A DNA stretch of 59,584 nucleotides from a virus: positions 1 to 59,584 of IMG/VR virus record IMGVR_UViG_3300045988_105378, one strand, 5' to 3'. Positions 1 to 9,185 of the stretch are shown in pieces. How positions within the stretch are numbered: position 1 is the first letter of the stretch; every line of letters starts with the position of its first letter. A model generated the notes under the pieces. The model worked only from the letters and a program-made list of their open reading frames with translations. It did no database searches and was not told where the DNA came from. Made by a program: the position numbers and the translations under genes.

Positions 1-187
1 AAATGGTTTTAATTGCGAAGTTGATACAAATGGTAAATTAAATGATTTGATGTTAATGTTAATTTGCGGAACTGCCACAGCATTAAAAGAATTATTAGGA
101 GAAAGAAATCCTGGTGTTGCGAAATTCCTTGAAGAAGTGGCAAAACAATATTTGGAGGAAGATGAAGATGGCGAAGAAGAAGAGTAG
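1..187 (+). CDS. C-terminal part (44 codons) of the wrap-around CDS that starts at 59333; hypothetical protein
   Basis: Frame continuous from 59333 through the window end (exactly 84 codons) into 56..187 (stop TAG 185..187), because 59530..59584 equals 1..55. Joined protein is about 127 aa with an acidic C-terminus. Confidence 0.5.
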   Translation, partial: NGFNCEVDTNGKLNDLMLMLICGTATALKELLGERNPGVAKFLEEVAKQYLEEDEDGEEEE

Positions 188-482
188 TGAATTAAAAGAA
201 GTTAATGTGGATACTTTAGGTATTGAAGAAATAGAAGAGTTATCAGATAACTTTCCTAAAATACCGGAAGAACAATTTAGTTCAATTCCAGAACCATCAG
301 TAGAAGAACAAATAAATATAGCAACAAAGGAATTGGAACAAAAGTGCAATGATTTAACTCAAAAGATTTATTATATGGAACAGGAGAACAAACAACTTAG
401 AGATGTAATAGATAAACAAGCACATAACTTTAATGAATGTGTTGGTAATCTAGTATATACAGTGTTTGGTCCTAAACAATAA
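162..482 (+). CDS. hypothetical coiled-coil protein (early region)
   Basis: ORF track 114..482. An internal ATG at 162 is preceded by GGAGGA (154..159), making it the likely true start (MKMAKKKSSELKEV...). Confidence 0.55.
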   Translation: MKMAKKKSSELKEVNVDTLGIEEIEELSDNFPKIPEEQFSSIPEPSVEEQINIATKELEQKCNDLTQKIYYMEQENKQLRDVIDKQAHNFNECVGNLVYTVFGPKQ

Positions 483-763
483 TGAAGAAGTATTTATTGG
501 AATGGTTAAGGATATCCGGGGTTTGGGTATTCCTTACCATAATACTTAGTATAGTATTATTAGTTAATATAAATAGTTTAACTAAAGAAAATACTAAGTT
601 AAAAGAGGAATTATCAGCATTAAAAGTAGAGAAGGAAGATACTTTCAATACTTTAATAGAAAGAAATCAAGAGTTATATATCAAGAAGATGGAATGTGAA
701 GAGTGGAAGCAATTATTCTATTCAGAAATAGATTTCCATCCAGATGAAAGTTATCCATACTAA
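482..763 (+). CDS. hypothetical membrane-anchored coiled-coil protein
   Basis: 93-aa ORF with an N-terminal hydrophobic segment (WVFLTIILSIVLLV) followed by a heptad-like region. ATGA start/stop overlap with the preceding gene. Confidence 0.5.
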   Translation: MKKYLLEWLRISGVWVFLTIILSIVLLVNINSLTKENTKLKEELSALKVEKEDTFNTLIERNQELYIKKMECEEWKQLFYSEIDFHPDESYPY

Positions 764-1009
764 CATATAATAATAAATACATTGGTTCATAGTAGTAATG
801 GTGCTTATAAACATAAAGTATACTATGGTAAAAAGGCTAAAGTAATAGGGGTACCATCCTTTCCCAATTTAATATGTTCCGAGTCTGGTGGCAAATATAA
901 GGTAAGTTCAATTCTTACAAGGAACACTGTTGAAAGTATCAGTTGGTTATAAGGTTATTGTATTAGTTCGAAATAATAGATAACAATATAAACAAAGAAA
1001 CATAGGCTA

Positions 1010-1450
1010 CCGGTGCGGAGTTTGCAAGGTTCGTAATATGTCCGTACGCCGTGAGGAATAGGAGTGGTGAACTATTCCAAGATGATCCAAATAAAAACGA
1101 ACCAAGTTACCAAGCGATTGGTTTGGTGGGGAGCCAGGAAACACAGCCAATAAAAATGTGGTGCCCGAATATATCCTTCGGATGCTAGGAGTAAGTGGAT
1201 ACAGAACTAAGTATTAGTAATAAAACTAGTTAAATTACTAATGAGCTAGGGAAAGTGGGTCGCCGAAAGAAGGGGCATCTATGATTACTATAGAAAATAA
1301 GGTCGACAAGTATATAGTAAGAGTATCAGAGTTCAAATCTCTGTCGAAGGTTCAATATGGAGTGGATATTACCGGGATGGTGATATAGAATATATTTGCT
1401 AGTACAGGAATATATGTTGGTTCAAATCCAACCCACTCCACAATGATATA
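1010..1450 (+). ncRNA. candidate structured non-coding RNA region; may contain tRNA-like elements
   Basis: No ORF of 60 aa or more on either strand between 764 and 1740 in an otherwise tightly packed genome. Several perfect local hairpins (GGAATAG...CTATTCC, ACCAA-gcga-TTGGT). Two canonical T-loop motifs (CAGAG-TTCAAAT-CTCTG near 1327..1343; GTTGG-TTCAAAT-CCAAC at 1416..1432). Strong terminator downstream at 1510..1548. Confidence 0.25.
1359..1440 (+). ncRNA. tRNA-like element (non-canonical)
   Basis: Perfect 7-bp acceptor-like stem GGAGTGG/CCACTCC, perfect T-arm GTTGG-TTCAAAT-CCAAC with G53/A58/C61 equivalents, and a GG-containing D-loop-like segment. I could not fold a canonical 5-bp anticodon stem with a 7-nt loop. 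The 5' stem of the enclosing hairpin is 16 nt long. Confidence 0.2.
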
Positions 1451-1509
1451 TTCATTTATCTAACTCCTTTCTAAACTCGTTAGATAAGTTGAAGTGTAAA
1501 ACCTTTCAA

Positions 1510-1548
1510 AGGTATGGTGGTAGTGCTTAGCCATACCTATTTTTTTTT
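1510..1548 (+). terminator. rho-independent terminator
   Basis: AGGTATGG-(13-nt loop)-CCATACCT, a perfect 8-bp GC-containing stem, followed by A then a T8 run. Confidence 0.7.
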
Positions 1549-1740
1549 GTCTAAAAAGTAACGTAATCGCGTGGGGAAAGATGATATTATAATGATATTA
1601 TAAAAATATATAATAAACTAATATAATAATAAAGAAAAGGATAAAAGAAAAGGTATATAAAGATATAAGAATATAGTATAACGATAATATCCTAAAAGAA
1701 AAGGATTAACTAAATAATAAGGTAGAGGGGAGATAATAAA

Positions 1741-3219
1741 ATGGTAGATGCTATATATAGTGATATCCGTAATTTCTATAGTAGGAAACAGAGTTCCCCA
1801 TATAATGTAATAAGTAGAAGTAGTAAGCAGTTAGAAGATAAGACCAAAGAGAAAGTTGTGGATTTAAACAAGGTCATAGGAAGGGAATACGAACCTTTCT
1901 GGTATAGTAGAGAACGTTATAGAGTAGTTAAAGGTAGCCGTGGTAGTAAAAAGAGTAAAGTTACGGCATTATTCTATATAAGCAATATGATGGAATATCC
2001 AATGGCTAATCTAGTGGTAATAAGGAAAAGGTTAAATACACATAAAACTTCTACTAGAAATGATTTGATATGGGCTATAAATAGATTAGGAGTAAAATCA
2101 GATTGGTTATATAGTGATTCAGATAGTGGAGAATTAACTATAACAAGGAAAAGTACAGGACAGAAGATATTCTTTAGAGGATTTGATGATCCATTGAATA
2201 TTACTTCCTTTTCAGTTGGTGTAGGTGTTCTTTGTTGGGCTTGGTTCGAAGAGGCATTCCAAATAGAATCAGAATCAGACTTCGATAAAGTAGATAAATC
2301 TATCCGTGGTAAGATGCCAGATGGCAGTGAATTATCAGAACATGGTTTATGGAAGCAAATAACATTTACATTTAATGCTTGGTCAGATAAGAGTTGGCTA
2401 AAGAGAAGATTCTTTGATAAATGTCCAGATGTTAATATAAATGAGGATGAATTAGACGAATATAATAATGGAAAACGTAAGAAGATAAATAAATGGGCTA
2501 GTAATCCTAAACAAAGTATATTCGTAGGAACTACTATATATGCTTGTAATGAATTCTTAGACCAAGATGACTTAGATCTATTTAATTTAACTAGAGTTAA
2601 TAATCCAATAGCATTCCAAATAGAAGGTCTTGGAAACTGGGGTATATCAGAAGGACAAATCTTTAGAAATTGGACTATTATGGATTTTGATTATAAGGAA
2701 ATAATAAAGAAATCAGTTAATATAAATGGTAAAACAGATTTAAAGATAAGATTTGGATTAGACTTTGGTTACACAAATGATGTGGCAGCGTTAATTAGTT
2801 GTATAGTAGACGAAAAGAATATGCGTATTTGGATATTTGATGAATTCTATAAAGTAGGACAAACTAACTTAATGCTAGCAAATATGCTGAAGTATAAGGG
2901 TTATAACAAAGAAGTAATCCGATGTGATTCGGCAGAACCAAAGAGTATAGATGAGTTAAAATACTATGGTATTACTAGAGCAGTAGCAGCATTAAAAGGT
3001 AAAGATAGTATTAGACAAGGTATAGGTAGATTAAAGGATTATAAGATTATAGTTAGTCCTAATTGTGAAAATACTATTATAGAACTTAATAACTATGTAT
3101 GGAAGAAGGATAAAGATACAGAGAAGTTATTAAATGAACCAATAGATGAGTTTAATCATTTAATGGATGCTTTAAGATATGCCACAGAAGGAATTAGAGT
3201 TAGAACCTTTAGATTTTAA
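1741..3219 (+). CDS. terL: terminase large subunit
   Basis: 492 aa. N-terminal Walker-A-like VVKGSRGSKKSKVT, size and position at the head of the structural module. C-terminal nuclease-like acidic residues (e.g. IWIFDEF) were noted by eye, not aligned. Confidence 0.85.
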   Translation: MVDAIYSDIRNFYSRKQSSPYNVISRSSKQLEDKTKEKVVDLNKVIGREYEPFWYSRERYRVVKGSRGSKKSKVTALFYISNMMEYPMANLVVIRKRLNTHKTSTRNDLIWAINRLGVKSDWLYSDSDSGELTITRKSTGQKIFFRGFDDPLNITSFSVGVGVLCWAWFEEAFQIESESDFDKVDKSIRGKMPDGSELSEHGLWKQITFTFNAWSDKSWLKRRFFDKCPDVNINEDELDEYNNGKRKKINKWASNPKQSIFVGTTIYACNEFLDQDDLDLFNLTRVNNPIAFQIEGLGNWGISEGQIFRNWTIMDFDYKEIIKKSVNINGKTDLKIRFGLDFGYTNDVAALISCIVDEKNMRIWIFDEFYKVGQTNLMLANMLKYKGYNKEVIRCDSAEPKSIDELKYYGITRAVAALKGKDSIRQGIGRLKDYKIIVSPNCENTIIELNNYVWKKDKDTEKLLNEPIDEFNHLMDALRYATEGIRVRTFRF

Positions 3220-3258
3220 CGTTTTGCTAGGGGCAAAAATGCCGATAAGGAGGTATTT

Positions 3259-3465
3259 ATGGATATAAAATTCATAGCAGAGATGAGGAAAACCAATGAA
3301 ATAGTAGTATTATGCGAGGGAAACAACGTGGATTTATACAAGTCTATTATGAGGAACTTCGAAGAAAGTACTAATATTAGTCGTTTTGCTATAGTGAAAA
3401 ACAACGACATACTAGAAGAAAAGTGGTTACGTCCTAAGGAAATGGTAAGGAGGAAAGTAAAATGA
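3259..3465 (+). CDS. hypothetical protein (68 aa)
   Basis: ORF with RBS AAGGAGG upstream. First of five small ORFs inserted between terL and portal. Confidence 0.5.
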   Translation: MDIKFIAEMRKTNEIVVLCEGNNVDLYKSIMRNFEESTNISRFAIVKNNDILEEKWLRPKEMVRRKVK

Positions 3466-3665
3466 GGCAGTTAATAATTAACAATAGTGATCTAACTAAT
3501 ACAGATATAGGTAAATTCTTAGATCAATTAAAAGAAACGCATCAAGGTGAAACCATATATTACGGCAAAGTAGATAGAATATGGTTCTTACATAAAAATA
3601 AAAGATATAGATTAGACATAAAATACTTAAAGAGGTATACGTCATTTATATTTAAGGAGGATTAG
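3462..3665 (+). CDS. hypothetical protein (67 aa)
   Basis: ATGA overlap with the previous ORF and a GGAGG-type RBS. Confidence 0.5.
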   Translation: MRQLIINNSDLTNTDIGKFLDQLKETHQGETIYYGKVDRIWFLHKNKRYRLDIKYLKRYTSFIFKED

Positions 3666-3667
3666 TT

Positions 3668-3934
3668 ATGAGAGCATTTATTAAAGAGGATAAGTGGAAG
3701 GAATTTAAAGAACTAACTAATAAGTATGGATTTTACATAGATACCAAGAAACCATCTAAATACTATGCTAAACCAATAGATGAGGACATAATATTATTAG
3801 TTGGTAAGAAGACTAGGGAATTACATTTAATAACACCAATGGGGGAAAGTCCATTTATGGAAGTCCACACACAATTTTATAAAGATTTATTTGATGAAGG
3901 TTATATAGAATTTATGGAAGGAAGGTTTGATTGA
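3668..3934 (+). CDS. hypothetical protein (88 aa)
   Basis: RBS AAGGAGGA, ATG at 3668. Confidence 0.5.
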   Translation: MRAFIKEDKWKEFKELTNKYGFYIDTKKPSKYYAKPIDEDIILLVGKKTRELHLITPMGESPFMEVHTQFYKDLFDEGYIEFMEGRFD

Positions 3935-4118
3935 TGTGACAAGGGAGGAGCAGGAAAGGGAAAAGGAGTTAAAGAGGTTGATTTATATCAGAAATGAGCT
4001 TATAAAGGTAGCCAAGAAGGAATTAAGACAATATAGAGATGAACTTAATTCTTTAGGTAATAATAAAGAGAGGAGGGATGGAGATGGCAAAGGTAAAAGA
4101 TTGGTTCGTAAGAAATAA
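3927..4118 (+). CDS. hypothetical coiled-coil protein (63 aa, TTG start)
   Basis: The track ORF begins at TTG (ttg att gat gtg...). Charged coiled-coil sequence. Confidence 0.4.
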   Translation: MIDVTREEQEREKELKRLIYIRNELIKVAKKELRQYRDELNSLGNNKERRDGDGKGKRLVRKK

Positions 4119-4431
4119 GTTTGAAATAGTTCTAGGATCTTTAGTGCTATTTATAATAGTATCTTTATTATCAATAGTGTTCAATGTTATGCTAATGGCT
4201 ATATCTGAAGATTTAACCAATGTAGTACAAACTAAGGATAATGAAATAGAAGAATTAACTTACGAAAGAAACTATTACTATGGTATGTATGACAGCATTC
4301 AACAAACTTATGAAGAAGTAGTTCCTAAACAACAATATATCCAAGATGTAGAGTATTTGGAATCAGTAATATTGGAATTAAGAACTCTTTGTGAAGGTGA
4401 ATGCAAGAAATGCGAAACATATAATAGATAA
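4078..4431 (+). CDS. hypothetical membrane protein (117 aa) with C-terminal Cys cluster
   Basis: Transmembrane segment IVLGSLVLFIIVSLLSIVFNVMLMAI. C-terminus CEGECKKCETY. RBS GAGGAGGGATGGAG. Confidence 0.5.
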   Translation: MEMAKVKDWFVRNKFEIVLGSLVLFIIVSLLSIVFNVMLMAISEDLTNVVQTKDNEIEELTYERNYYYGMYDSIQQTYEEVVPKQQYIQDVEYLESVILELRTLCEGECKKCETYNR

Positions 4432-4454
4432 TGTAATGGAAAAGGAGGAAGAAC

Positions 4455-6113
4455 ATGTCAAAGAAGAAAAGTAGCTCTATGATTAACAACAATCTTGGCG
4501 GTAATCAAATAGTATACTTAGACCAACCAGAAAAGATAGACACTATTGAAACATATAACGTTAGTGCTAATAAGATAGAAGTAGATAAATTAGTACAAAC
4601 TATATATGATGAATTTAATAATAGTGATGAGCGTAAACTAATGCTTGAAGGTATTAAGTATTACAATAATGATTCAAAAATAGATGATAAGAAAAGATAT
4701 GACCATTGCGGTACAGATGCTACTGTCAATGATAAATTATCTAATGCCAAGATGCATAAGAATATTATGCGTAAGTTAACTAGACAAAAGGTTAATACAT
4801 TACTAGGTAAACCATACAGTATAAAGACTGATGATGATAACTATAAGAAGTTATTAGAAGATGTTTACTTCACAAAGTTTATGTATAGAAAAATATATAA
4901 TACTTGTAAGGAAGCAATTAAGGAAGGCATACATTGGTTAAATGCCTATTATGATGAGAATGGTGAATTACAATTTAGAAGGGTACCTGGTAATCAAGTA
5001 AAAGTATTCTGGGCTGATAGAGAACATACTAAAATAGCACAGTTAATACATTACTATGAAATTGCTATATATGAAGGTGATAAGAGTAAAACAGTTACTT
5101 ATGCCGATTATTATAGTTCTAGTGGAGTAATTCATTACGTTAAAGAAGATAAAGGATTCGTTAGAGATAAAGAAAGACCAGTAGAAGAAGGTAACTTTAC
5201 TTTAATGGTTCCGCAAACAGAAGAAATAAAAAATGATGATGGTGAGGTAATAGAAACCACATATAAGTTAGATGAAAATGGTAATATAGTATTCGAACCA
5301 CAACAAATGGTTTGGGATAGAATACCGTGGATACCATTAAAGTATAATCAAGAAGAAACATCATTACTTAAATACATAAAAAGCCAACAAGATAGTTATG
5401 AGACACTATTAAGTGCTATGGTGGATATAGTAATAGATATACCAAATGCCATTAAGTACTTCAAAGGTTATGCTGGGGCAGATTTAGCAGAGTTAACAGC
5501 AAATATTGCTAAGTATAGAGCTGTATTAGTAGATCCAGATGGGGATGTTGGTTCATTAGATACTACTTTCGATGGAACTACATTCGGTGAATTATTAGAT
5601 AGAATTAGAAAAGATGCCTACGAAGATGGTGGCGGGGTAGATATGCAATCTGATAAAACTGGAGATAAGAGTGGTGTAGGATTAAAATTCTTATATTCAG
5701 ACCTAGATCTAGATCTAAATGAACTAAAACAAGAAATGGATGTATTCTTTGAATGGTTATTATGGTTTATAGATTATGATATTAGAGCCAAGGGTGGACA
5801 AGATTATAGTAATGTAGAGGTAACATTCGAATACAATAAAACTAATATAATAAATGAGTCAGAACTAATTAGTATGATAAATAGTTCAAGGGATATGATA
5901 CCAGATGAAATCTTATTACCAAAGCATCCATTCGTAGATGATGTCACTGAAGTAGAAGATGCTATCGAAAGACAGAGAGAAGCAGAAGATGCAGAAATGG
6001 AAAAACAGATGCAATTATATGGTAATCAAGGTTTTGGTAGTACATTACCAAAAGTAACAAGTAGTAAGGATGATAGTAAATCACAGAAAGCTAAAAGTAA
6101 TACCAATAGTTAG
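4455..6113 (+). CDS. portal protein
   Basis: 552 aa. It sits immediately upstream of the Mu-F-like minor head protein and downstream of terL, with a size and acidic C-terminal tail typical of SPP1-type portals. Family assignment by position and size only. Confidence 0.7.
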   Translation: MSKKKSSSMINNNLGGNQIVYLDQPEKIDTIETYNVSANKIEVDKLVQTIYDEFNNSDERKLMLEGIKYYNNDSKIDDKKRYDHCGTDATVNDKLSNAKMHKNIMRKLTRQKVNTLLGKPYSIKTDDDNYKKLLEDVYFTKFMYRKIYNTCKEAIKEGIHWLNAYYDENGELQFRRVPGNQVKVFWADREHTKIAQLIHYYEIAIYEGDKSKTVTYADYYSSSGVIHYVKEDKGFVRDKERPVEEGNFTLMVPQTEEIKNDDGEVIETTYKLDENGNIVFEPQQMVWDRIPWIPLKYNQEETSLLKYIKSQQDSYETLLSAMVDIVIDIPNAIKYFKGYAGADLAELTANIAKYRAVLVDPDGDVGSLDTTFDGTTFGELLDRIRKDAYEDGGGVDMQSDKTGDKSGVGLKFLYSDLDLDLNELKQEMDVFFEWLLWFIDYDIRAKGGQDYSNVEVTFEYNKTNIINESELISMINSSRDMIPDEILLPKHPFVDDVTEVEDAIERQREAEDAEMEKQMQLYGNQGFGSTLPKVTSSKDDSKSQKAKSNTNS

Positions 6114-6123
6114 GAGGTATTAG

Positions 6124-7977
6124 ATGAACTCAGAAGAAATAAGGAAGGCAATCCAAAGTAATAGCAATTACTGGGAAAGAAGGGCACTGGAAAACAAACT
6201 TAACATAGTCGAGAATGAAGAAGACTATGTTAAGCGTATTTCAGCGATATATGACCAAGCCAATAAAGACATTGAGGATAAATTAGGTAAAGTCTATGCT
6301 AGATATGCTAAAGCAAATGGTTTAACATTAGATGAAGCATATAAGAAATTACCTAAAGCAATGGAAACTGAATATAAGAAAGATGTTATGGACTATATTA
6401 GTAAGGCAAAAGAAGATAGTACTAAATGGAAATCTTATTTACTAAATCAAAGTCTTATGCATAATCATTCAGTATTAGATCAATTAAGAACTGAGTATAG
6501 GAAAGTGGTATATGATATTGATATGGAAGAAACAGGTGGTAAATTCCTTGAGAAGATATATACTACTAGTAATTATTATGCACAGTATAGTAATAATAAC
6601 GATGAAACCTTTGCTAAAGTAAGTAAAGATAGAATTGAAGCATTATTAAAAGAGAATTGGTCCGGTGGAGGTAATTTCAGTGAGTTAATATGGAAAGATA
6701 AAGAGAAATTAGTTAAAGCGTTAGATGATATAGTTATCAAAGGATTAGCAACAGGTGAAAACTTTGATAAGATGGCGGATAAGTTATCTAAGAGAATGGA
6801 TACTAGTAAATCTAATGCTAAAAGACTAATAATGACAGAATCAGCAAGAATGGATAATGAAGGTTCATTAGCATATTATAGAGAGACGGGGGTAGAAAAA
6901 CTAATCTTTGTTGCTACATTAGATATGAGAACATCAGAGATATGTAGGGCAATGGATGGAGAGATATTTGATATAGAAGATGCTAAGATAGGATTAAATG
7001 TACCACCATTACATCCATATTGCCGAAGTGTTATTAGTCCATATTATGAAGACAATGTTCCAGATACTAGAGTATATAGGGATAAAGATACTAATAAATC
7101 TGCTAAAGGTAAGAATAGAACTTATATGGAATATTTAGAGGAAGAGTTAGGGGATAAAGAACAAGCAGAGGCATTAGTAAGTACTAAAAATACATTAAGA
7201 AACTTAACTAAGGCAATTCAAATAAATAGCCCTACTACTTCATATAGTATACCAGATAAGAGTATTTCTGATATAACCGGATATGAGATAGATAGAGAAT
7301 ATCTAGAATGGACTAAAACAAGAAATGCTAGAGATATTAAACATTATGAAGATAAAGGTGAAATAACTGCTGAAGAATTAGATAAGTTATTTGAAGAAAT
7401 AAAGAAACTAATGGAAGATCCAAATAATGAGGTTGCTATAAGGGTTAAACTAGAGGATTTAGAAGAAATACTAAAAAGTGGTAAAATAGTTAATGGATTT
7501 GAAATAGATAAAATACATAACTTTATAGAAGCCAGAAGAAGAGAAACTGAGAAAGATCTATTTGGTATACCTGAGGATGCTGGCGCAAATGTTAGACCAA
7601 TTTATGGATATCTAAGTAATGAAGATTTAGAAAATGGTATAACAGGTGTAAAGGTTTCTATGTATGGTGATATAAAAATAGTATTGAAAAATAAAGTAAA
7701 GAAAAAGAGTACTATTACCATTGGGGATTCTTTAGATAAAAGTTCATTGGTATATCCATCAAAATTAACCGACTTAAAACTATATAGTGGGTATATTGGG
7801 GATTACCTTGATATTAGAGATAATGGTTTAAAAGGATTATATACATATCCAGAGGTACAAATATTTGGTGGTATTAAACTAAAAGATATATACCAAATAG
7901 AAATACCGAAGGAGTATAAAACTATTGAATTATCTAAACTGCTTAGCAGAAAAGGTATAAAAGTCAAATGGAAATAA
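6124..7977 (+). CDS. minor head protein, Mu F / SPP1 gp7 family, with about 280-aa C-terminal extension
   Basis: Conserved core MTESARMDNEGSLAYYRETGVEKLIFVATLDMRTSEICRAMDGEIF...PPLHPYCRS typical of the phage Mu F-like head morphogenesis domain. Residues from about 340 to 617 are extra. Confidence 0.8.
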   Translation: MNSEEIRKAIQSNSNYWERRALENKLNIVENEEDYVKRISAIYDQANKDIEDKLGKVYARYAKANGLTLDEAYKKLPKAMETEYKKDVMDYISKAKEDSTKWKSYLLNQSLMHNHSVLDQLRTEYRKVVYDIDMEETGGKFLEKIYTTSNYYAQYSNNNDETFAKVSKDRIEALLKENWSGGGNFSELIWKDKEKLVKALDDIVIKGLATGENFDKMADKLSKRMDTSKSNAKRLIMTESARMDNEGSLAYYRETGVEKLIFVATLDMRTSEICRAMDGEIFDIEDAKIGLNVPPLHPYCRSVISPYYEDNVPDTRVYRDKDTNKSAKGKNRTYMEYLEEELGDKEQAEALVSTKNTLRNLTKAIQINSPTTSYSIPDKSISDITGYEIDREYLEWTKTRNARDIKHYEDKGEITAEELDKLFEEIKKLMEDPNNEVAIRVKLEDLEEILKSGKIVNGFEIDKIHNFIEARRRETEKDLFGIPEDAGANVRPIYGYLSNEDLENGITGVKVSMYGDIKIVLKNKVKKKSTITIGDSLDKSSLVYPSKLTDLKLYSGYIGDYLDIRDNGLKGLYTYPEVQIFGGIKLKDIYQIEIPKEYKTIELSKLLSRKGIKVKWK

Positions 7978-8086
7978 ATATCATATAATATAAATGATAA
8001 ATGATTCTAGACTTTATTCGAGGATGGTTTTACCATATCGCTTACCTCGGAAAAAAGCGGAATAGTAAAGGAGAGGAGAATTTATT

Positions 8087-8734
8087 ATGAAGGATAAGTT
8101 AGTTAAGTTAGGACTATCAGAAGAATTAGCTCAAAAGGTTGTTGATAATTTCGGCGATGTAGTTGATGGAGTCTATGTAACCAAAGAGAGATTCAATGAA
8201 GTCAATAAGGAATTAAAACAAGCGAATGAGACTATTAAGGAAAGGGATGGTCAATTAGATAAATTGAAAAATGACAATGAATCTAATGAGGACTTAAAGA
8301 AGACTATCCAAGATTTACAAAAAGCAAATAAGGAAGCAAAAGAGAAAGCTGATGCAGACTTAGCAGCAGAGCGTAAATCAAATGCTATTAAGATGGAACT
8401 TATAGGAAAAGTTCACAATGCAGATATTACTATGAGTCAATTAAAATTAGATGAGATAGTAATGGATGATAATGGCAAAGTTAAATCAGGATTGAAAGAA
8501 CAACTAGCAAGTTTAAAGAAAACAGATAGTTATTTATTCATTCCAGAAGATAATGGTTCAAATAATAATCAAAACCAAAATGCACAATCTTACATAAAAG
8601 GTGCTACACCAAAAGAAGGTGAAGGGGCACCTGCTGGAAACTTAAGTAAAGCAGAATTATTTGCTAAATCATTAGCATCAAACCATAATGAAGCAATTAA
8701 GAGTTCAGCAGAAAGTGTATACTTTGGTGAATAA
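8087..8734 (+). CDS. scaffolding protein (putative)
   Basis: 215-aa highly charged coiled-coil protein between the portal/F-like genes and the major capsid gene. Confidence 0.55.
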   Translation: MKDKLVKLGLSEELAQKVVDNFGDVVDGVYVTKERFNEVNKELKQANETIKERDGQLDKLKNDNESNEDLKKTIQDLQKANKEAKEKADADLAAERKSNAIKMELIGKVHNADITMSQLKLDEIVMDDNGKVKSGLKEQLASLKKTDSYLFIPEDNGSNNNQNQNAQSYIKGATPKEGEGAPAGNLSKAELFAKSLASNHNEAIKSSAESVYFGE

Positions 8735-8754
8735 TAGAAAAGGAGGAAAGAACT

Positions 8755-9150
8755 ATGAAAGTTATTCAAACAGAATATGGTACAAGCATTGATATTTTAT
8801 TCAATCTAGATCCATATACAGCTAGACCTATTATGGTAAGTGATGAAGGTGTTACTGCAGATACAAAAACTGGTAAGAAAATTGTTAAAGCAGGTTCATT
8901 ACTAACTAAAGAAGGTAAGATAGCTAATGATAAAACAGTTAGATATGTTTTATTAAAAGATATCGATGTAACTTATGGTGATGCAGCAGGTGCTGGAGTT
9001 TACCGTGGTACATTAGATAAGAAAAAGATTGAAAAAAATACAGGAGTTACTATTTCAGATGATGCTATGTTAGCATTAAAAGGAATAATCTTTATGACAG
9101 ATGATGATTTAGATTATTTCGCTGATGTTAAAGCAGCACCTGGTGCTTAA
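8755..9150 (+). CDS. hypothetical head protein (131 aa)
   Basis: Strong RBS GGAGGAAAG. Sits between the scaffold and capsid genes. Confidence 0.45.
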   Translation: MKVIQTEYGTSIDILFNLDPYTARPIMVSDEGVTADTKTGKKIVKAGSLLTKEGKIANDKTVRYVLLKDIDVTYGDAAGAGVYRGTLDKKKIEKNTGVTISDDAMLALKGIIFMTDDDLDYFADVKAAPGA

Positions 9151-9185
9151 TTGAAGTAATAAATTAGAAAGAGGAGGAATAAAAG

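Noticed and set aside
114-161. Track start at 114 for the ORF 114..482
   Set aside because: No RBS at 114, and it overlaps the end of the wrap-around gene. ATG 162 has a GGAGGA at optimal spacing.
1327-1351. First T-loop motif (CAGAG-TTCAAAT-CTCTG) as part of a canonical tRNA
   Set aside because: No complementary 5' acceptor strand for the downstream TCGAAGG could be found within 60-90 nt upstream. The motif is kept only as part of the generic structured-RNA candidate.
1281-1388. 35-codon ORF (MITIENKVDKYIVRVSEFKSLSKVQYGVDITGMVI) with a GAAGGGG RBS inside the non-coding region
   Set aside because: It overlaps the T-loop motifs and hairpins. It is too short and lacks support, so it is left as an alternative explanation rather than called.
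7978-8086. Hairpin TCGCTT-(10 nt)-AAGCGG as a terminator between the head protein and scaffold genes
   Set aside because: The stem is short with no downstream T-run. It is more likely incidental.
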